Positions 57,791-64,000 of a DNA stretch of 64,000 nucleotides are shown in pieces. Made by a program: the position numbers and the translations under genes. This DNA is from a bacterium (GTDB lineage Bacteria > UBA8248): NCBI GenBank assembly GCA_965213685.1, contig CBDBZY010000041.1, forward strand, positions 256,001-320,000. Direction: 5' to 3'. Within the stretch, counting starts at the first letter, position 1. Every line of letters begins with the position of its first letter. The notes below the pieces were generated by a model. The model searched no databases. It was not told where the DNA came from and was given only the letters and a program-made list of their open reading frames with translations.

Positions 57791-59395
57791 TAGTGTTTTG
57801 ATTACATTAGTTTCGTCTGTGCACGTAAAAACACGACATCATGTACAAGAATGTACAATGAATGTGTTTAAAACATGAATATTGTACATGTAACCATAGC
57901 AACCACCAGACACATCACAACATCATAGCATGGAACAGCTGCATACTCCCACACTCAATAACTCGTACAAGCTGACCGGGTGCACTGACCTCTATAGGTT
58001 ATGGGGGACAAGAGTTCCCTTCTTTGACAGTGCTACCGTGGCAACCACCACACTGGGTCATGCTGGGATGACATTAACCCAATTGGCAGACCTTGCTAGC
58101 CTCCCACCGGGTGAGGAAGGGATAGGGTTGAGATCAGAGGGACAGATAACAATGGGAGAGAAAGAGCCTTTCCCTTGCAATAGACACTCTCCCCTCCCTC
58201 CCTTCCCCCCTCCCCCCCTCCCTCCTTCCTCCCTCCCTCCCTCTCTCCCTCCCTCCCTCCTTCCCTCCTTCCCTCCCTCCCTCCCTCCCTCCCTCTCTCC
58301 CTCCCTCCCTCCTTCCCTCCCTCCATCCCTCCCTCCCTCCATCGATTGTTTCCCTCCCCCCAGCCTTCCCTCTCTTCCTCCTTTCCTCCTTCCATCTCTC
58401 CACCCTTCCCTTGAACTCCTCCCCCTTCTCCCTTCCTCCCTTCCTCCACCCACAACCCCATCTCTCCCTCCTTCCCTCCCCCCCTCCCCTCCTTTTATCC
58501 TTCCTTTGAATTCCCTCCCTCCCTCCCTCCCTCCCTCCCTCTCCCCACCTTCCCCCCTCCCCTTCTCTTCCTTCCTGGACCAAACTCTCCCTCACTACTC
58601 AGGAACAGAGCACATACATGTACACGTACTAGACCACCTCTTGGACTCGGGCCAGGCACACACACACACAGGACCCAGAACAGGAACCGGAATACCTGCC
58701 ATGACTCATGAGGTGCATCACAAAGGGTACCTACCTAAGTCTATTCTTCTTCAATAGCAAACACACACCATAGCACCCAAACAATATGCTGTGGCTGGGG
58801 ACGTTGGCACGAGCCTGTGCTACGTGTCGTCACTGAGTTTGTTAGGGGTTAATTACACATCATCCCATGTAGTTAAAGTGAGTGCTCAAATCATGTATAG
58901 TCATATACATGTACATGTATGTACGTGCTCATGTACGTACATTGTACACGTACATTGTTTATTGCACTTCAATAAATTATGGTTACAACATATTACATAA
59001 TTCTGCCAAAACCCACCCCATGCAGTGGTGTGTGTGTATGTGGATAAACACTGGTTACCTAGCAACCAGGAACTCCCAATGGGATAGCTTCTGGAGCAAA
59101 CAGAGCGGTGTGATGGCCCAGAGGCAGCGAGCAGACATATCAGGACACACATACATTAGCATAACACATTCCATCCCTCAAGATCAAAGCATTCTCATAT
59201 TCATAAACTACTGTTCGATGAGTTTGTGTATTCTTCTGCATAGTCTGGGGGAGGGGGGAGGCACATGCCGTGCATGGTTTGTGGCGTTGTGAATGGTTTG
59301 TTTTGGGTCGGTGGAATGATTGATGGAAGGTTTGCATGCTTGTAAATAACAGGAGGAGGAGGAGGGAGAGGAGGAGGAGGAAGAGGAGGAGGAGT

Positions 59396-59429
<34 letters not shown>

Positions 59430-59542
59430 GGAGGAGGAGGAGGAGGAGAGGAAAAGAGGGAGGGAAGGAGAGATGATGGTACAAAAAAGGTATTCAACTA
59501 CATCTGAAGACATCTGTCTTTTCACAGGGAAATACATGTAAC

Positions 59543-59700
59543 GAGCTGCCTCAGGCAGAACTCAAACCTGTGACATATGCATACTAGGCAGGTGCACCTA
59601 CTCTACCAACTGAGCTACTGAAGCAGCTCAGCTGGGCAGGCCGAATCATTAGATGCTATACAGGAGCAAAGGTGTTCCTCTCCCCAAGAACAGGTAAACC
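59543..59700 (-). mobile_element. Family A tRNA-derived repeat
   Basis: gagctgcctcaggcag..ctctaccaactgagctactgaagcagctcagctgggcaggccgaatc. Confidence 0.7.
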
Positions 59701-59864
59701 TACGAATGCACATATGCCTGCCAGTGATCTCCTACCTATCCTCCTTCTCCTTCTTCCCTCTGCTCTCCCCCCTTTCTCCCTCCCTCCCCCTCGTCCTCCA
59801 CACCTTTCCCCCTTTCTCCTTCCCTCCCTCTCCCACCCCACCCTCTTACCTATAAGCACATGAG

Positions 59865-61105
59865 CCTCCCTCCCCTCCCTCCCTCCATAATCACACCCCA
59901 CATTCCTCCCTACCCACTGAGCACACAGCCACGTACCAAGACAATGGTGGGTAACCCTATACCTGGTAGCAACAGCCCACAAGTTACTGAGGAGGGGGAG
60001 AGGGGGAGTTTACCTCCTATTTACTCAAATCTCCTCCCTTCCCTCTTCTCTCCTGCCCTCCTTCACCCTCCTTTCCCCCTTCCTCCCCCCTTCCCATACA
60101 TGTACTCTCCTCACCCTTCCCACCCCACCCTCCCCTCTCCCTCCCTCCCCCTCCCTCCATATCACACCCCACATTCCTCCCTACCCACCAAGCACACACA
60201 GCCTTGTACCAGGACAATGGTGGGTAACCCTATACCTCTTATAGCAACAGCCCACAAGTTACTGAGGAGAGGGAGAGGGAGGAGGGGAGAAGGGGAGTTT
60301 CCCTCCATTTTTACTCAAATCTGCTCCCTTAAATTCCCTCTTCTCTCCTCCCCTCCTTCACCCTTCTTTGCCTCTTCTTCCCCCTAATCCCCATACACAT
60401 ACCTCTTCTCACCCACCTCCCTCCCTCCCTCCCTCCCTCCATATCACACCCCACATTCCTCCCTACCCACCAAGCACACACAGCCTTGTACCAGGACAAT
60501 GGTGGGTAACCCTACACCTCTTAGCAACAGCCCACAGGTTACTGAGGAGAGGGAGAGGGAGAGGGAGAGGGAGAGGGAGGAGGAGTTTTCCCTCCATTTT
60601 TACTCAAATCTCCTCCCTTCCCTCCCCTCCTTCACCCTCCTTTGCCTCTTCTTCCCCCTAATCCCCATACACATACCTCTTCTCACCCACCTCCCTCCCT
60701 CCCTCCCTCCCTCCATATCACACCCCACATTCCTCCCTACCCACCCAGCACACACAGCCGTGTGTACCAGGACAATGGCGGGTAACCCTACACCTCTTAG
60801 CAACAGCCCACAGGTTACTGCATGAGGAGAGGGAGAGGGAGAGGGAGGAGGGGGAGAGGGAAAGTTTCCCTCCTATTTACTCAAATCTACTCCCTTCCCT
60901 CCCCTCCTTCACCCTCCTTTGCCTCTTCTTCCCCCTAATCCCCATACATGTACCTCTTCTCACCCACCACCCTCCCTCCCTCCCCTCCCTCCCTCCCTCC
61001 ATATCACACCCCACATTCCTCCCTACCCACCAAGCACACACAGCCGTGTGTACCAGGACAATGGTGGGTAACCCTACACCTCTTAGCAACAGCCCACGAG
61101 TTATG
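59865..61105. repeat. Tandem array of five ~280-bp pyrimidine-rich units
   Basis: atcacaccccacattcctccctaccca...acaatggtgggtaaccctac...agcaacagccca recurs five times. Confidence 0.92.
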
Positions 61106-61584
61106 GAGGAAGGAGAGATGGGGGGGGAGAGGGAAGAGGGGGAGAGAGTGAGAAGGACGTGGAAGAAGAGAAAAGAGGTAGGAATGATAGAGGGGGAGTG
61201 TTCCAGCAAGGAGGGAAACAAAGTGGAGGGAAGGAGGGAGGGGGGGGGCTGGGAAGGTATGGGAGGCATAGTGAATAACAGCTGCTCTCAAGGGCTTTCA
61301 AAGGAAAACAACAGAGGTAGCCATAGCAACTGCTGCTGGAGATAGCCAATAACATCATCAAAGGGATTGAGCGAAACTGAAAGCACTCAGGCATGTGAGC
61401 AGACTGTAGTGGGGGGTAGAGATGGCCTCCCACAGACATACCACCCCAGCCACCTCATGGACTGGAGACACAACACGCACAGTTCTCAGGTACATGTACA
61501 TGCATGTACAGTACATGCGGTGGGCAGTATGGAATGTGCCTATCTACTGTGTGTTCATATGTGTATGTACAGTTGTTTACAGGC

Positions 61585-61656
<72 letters not shown>

Positions 61657-62525
61657 ATGCGTGCATGTGCATGCATGTGTGTGTGTGGGTGTGGGTGTCT
61701 ACATGTACATGTGTCCTCCCAATTTGTGCATCCCACACCACACCTAAACACACAACATAGGTAACTACACACACACTATTCCTGGCATGTCACTGAACAG
61801 GGTAAGTACTTACGTATGAGTTCTCTTCTAAAATCAAGAAGGTCCCCAACACTAAGATGCTGTAGCAGAACCATCTTCAAGCTTTGCATGAAGTGTACTG
61901 TTCCATAATAATTACTCAACATTGGCAAAATTTCACGTTTAATTTTTATCACTGCCCAGCACCAACAAAAATTTCTTAACCCTTAAAAGAGTACTGTCAC
62001 ACACACTCGCTATGACAGCAGTTTTATATGACATAATTTCCGGCCTACTAGTCTAAGGCAAGAGATGGGAGGGTGGGTGGGGGGTGGACAAGTGCAGCTG
62101 ATCGGTGAGCATTTGTTTGGCCTCCGGTCGGAGATTTTGACCTGAACTTGCCCTAGCCAGACTTGGTAGGGCCTTGGCCTGGCCTGCACCAGTGGTCACT
62201 GTGGGGGGAAGTATTATGCTCGAATGGGTCAAAAGGGATGTCATTGCGGGAGTGGGCGTGGCTATGTACGAAGATGGGAAGCTGAAGGTTGGTTATTTCT
62301 GACCAATTTTAGAGAGTGGTGAGTGTGTCTGTGTCTAATTACAGCTGTTCCTGTCTAGAAAATCGCTCCAAACTTGACCAGCTTGCAGTTTTTGCCTTCA
62401 GTTTTCTATTAATTAATTAATGGCAAAATATGGTTGGCAGGCACAAGTGATGGTTTGGGAATGAGACCACACATGCATCGGGGTTTGGGAATGAGACTAC
62501 ACATGCATCCGCTGCTCACACGTAC

Positions 62526-62861
62526 CTGTCACTGGAGGAGGATTCGCTGCTGCTGCCGGCTTCTCTGCCCTCCTCTGTCTCCTCTCCTTCCACCTTCTCC
62601 TCTCTCTCCTCCCCGACTCCCTCTCCTTCCCCCTCCCGCTCCCCCTCCTCCTCCTCCTCCTCCTCCTCCTCCTCCTCCCTCTCCACCTCCTCCTCCTCTT
62701 CTCCTTCGTCCTTCACTGGTGCACGGCTCTTCTCATCGGCAGAGGCTTCTTCATCGCTGGAGGACACAAATGCCTTGGAGATCACCCTCTTCTTCTTCCT
62801 CCCTCTTCCCCCTCCCTCCTCTTCCTCCTCCTCCTCAACCTCTTCCTGGTCCTCCCTTGGC
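62526..62861 (-). CDS. Internal exon of an acidic/basic low-complexity nuclear protein (weakly CTR9-C-terminus-like)
   Basis: cccacAG|G...AG|GTACGT, 336 bp, phase 2/2; PREDQEEV...GRKKKRVISKAFVSSSDEE...SSSESSSSD. KxxSKAxxSSSD recalls CTR9 and SSRP1 tails, but identity is not established. Confidence 0.75.
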
Positions 62862-63309
62862 CTGTGGGGGAGAGAGGGAAGGAGGGAGGGGTGGAGGGAG
62901 GGGAGGGAGGAGGGGAGGAGGGAGGGGAGGAGGGAGGGGTGGGAAGGAAGGGGAGAAGGGAGGGGTGGGAAGGAAGGGGAGGAGGGAGGGGTGGGAAGGA
63001 AGGAGGAAAGGAGGAAGAGGGAAGAAAGAGAGAGGGAGAGACGGAGAGAGAGAGAGAGAGGGAGGGGGAGGAAAGATGGATTCAGAGAGAGGGGAGAGAG
63101 AGGGAGAGAGGGAAGGAGAAAGAAAAACATGAAGTGATCTCATTTACATGTACCTGTACCTACAGGTCACAGTACACGTACACGTGGGTGTACACATACA
63201 TATACATGTACATTGTTAATGCACATACGTAAGTGTGTATTGAAGTAACATGTGGGTGTGGCCATGACCTTTGAACTTTGAGTAGTCAATAAGCACGTGA
63301 ACCTGTATA

Positions 63310-63603
63310 CGAATAAATTGAGAAACACAACTCCCCAGGCTGTGTTTAGATGTTAAAACAGTCACCCAATGTGCAGGACGTGTTTCCGCCATTACGGCTA
63401 CACTGTTAATTCCCTCTCTACATCTGGATCATTGCAGGGTTCATCACCATATCAACCAAGTACAGTGATTGAGTGGCAAAAGTGATAGTCAATAATTTTG
63501 TCCCTGCGCTATTTCTTCTTTCCTTCCCTCTTCCTCTCCCTCCCAGGCCTCATCAGCTGTGCTGGAGTGACCGGGAGTGTGGGTGTATCACACTTCATGC
63601 ACG
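63310..63603 (-). mobile_element. Repeat C copy split in stem II by about 150 bp of unrelated sequence
   Basis: 3' half at 63310-63393 and 5' half (ccaggcctcatcagctgtgctggagtgaccgggag) at 63543-63603. Confidence 0.7.
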
Positions 63604-63744
63604 TTAATACAGGTCTACATGTTTCTGTGGTTAAGAGCAGAGGTGTGTGTGATGGGAGGGTGTGGGTGGTTGGGCAGCAGCTGGGGGGCTTTATTGGGTG
63701 CATGTAGAGCTAATTGGGTTCTCAGCACTCCTGACATTGGAATC

Positions 63745-63778
<34 letters not shown>

Positions 63779-63924
63779 TGCATGATACATGTATGTACAT
63801 GTATATATGTGCATGTGTTTCTTCCAGTACAGCTAGATGTATACGTATAGGTCCAGGTATCCTTGTAATAAAGAGCATACATATATATACCATACGTATA
63901 CATATACACACATGTACATGTACA

Positions 63925-64000
63925 TGAATAAATCGAGAACCACAACTCCCTAGGCTGTGAATGGCCCTCAGGCCAAAATATTAAACAGTTACTCAATGTG
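63925..64000 (-). mobile_element. Repeat C 3' end, truncated by the window edge
   Basis: gaataaatcgagaaccacaactccctaggc...ggccctcaggcc..ttaaacagt. Confidence 0.75.

Noticed and set aside
57930-58757. 275-aa + strand ORF
   Set aside because: It is mostly (CCCT)n-derived, and the flanking parts show no recognisable motif.
62526-62861. Assigning the gene symbol CTR9
   Set aside because: Support is only a short low-complexity motif also seen in SSRP1-like tails; the TPR region would lie outside the window.

Overview
Eukaryotic (animal) genomic DNA rich in (CA)n, (GA)n, (CCCT)n and palindromic (TACATG)n microsatellites. The composition is reminiscent of demosponge genomes, but this is inference only. 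Most ORFs in the supplied track are microsatellite artefacts. Two spliced minus-strand genes can be read by hand. (1) A leucine-rich-repeat GPCR of the LGR / glycoprotein-hormone-receptor family: 8 exons from ATG 36870 to beyond base 1, all introns phase 2, about 24-25 LRRs, a YAYHCC hinge and TM1-TM5. Its largest exon (1-2312) is missing from the ORF track. (2) Two Glu/Ser-rich exons (62526-62861, 37708-37972) that are phase-compatible as the 3' end of an upstream acidic-tailed nuclear protein, weakly CTR9-like. The introns hold many small mobile elements. These include a dispersed repeat carrying a minimal type I hammerhead ribozyme (about 11 copies or fragments, one next to a Penelope-type RT fragment), a 4-copy tRNA-Ala-like cloverleaf with G3:U70 and an in-register CUA anticodon, a second tRNA-like family, and MITEs with 9-bp or TA/ATAT target duplications. 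Several of these families end at (CATGTA)n.
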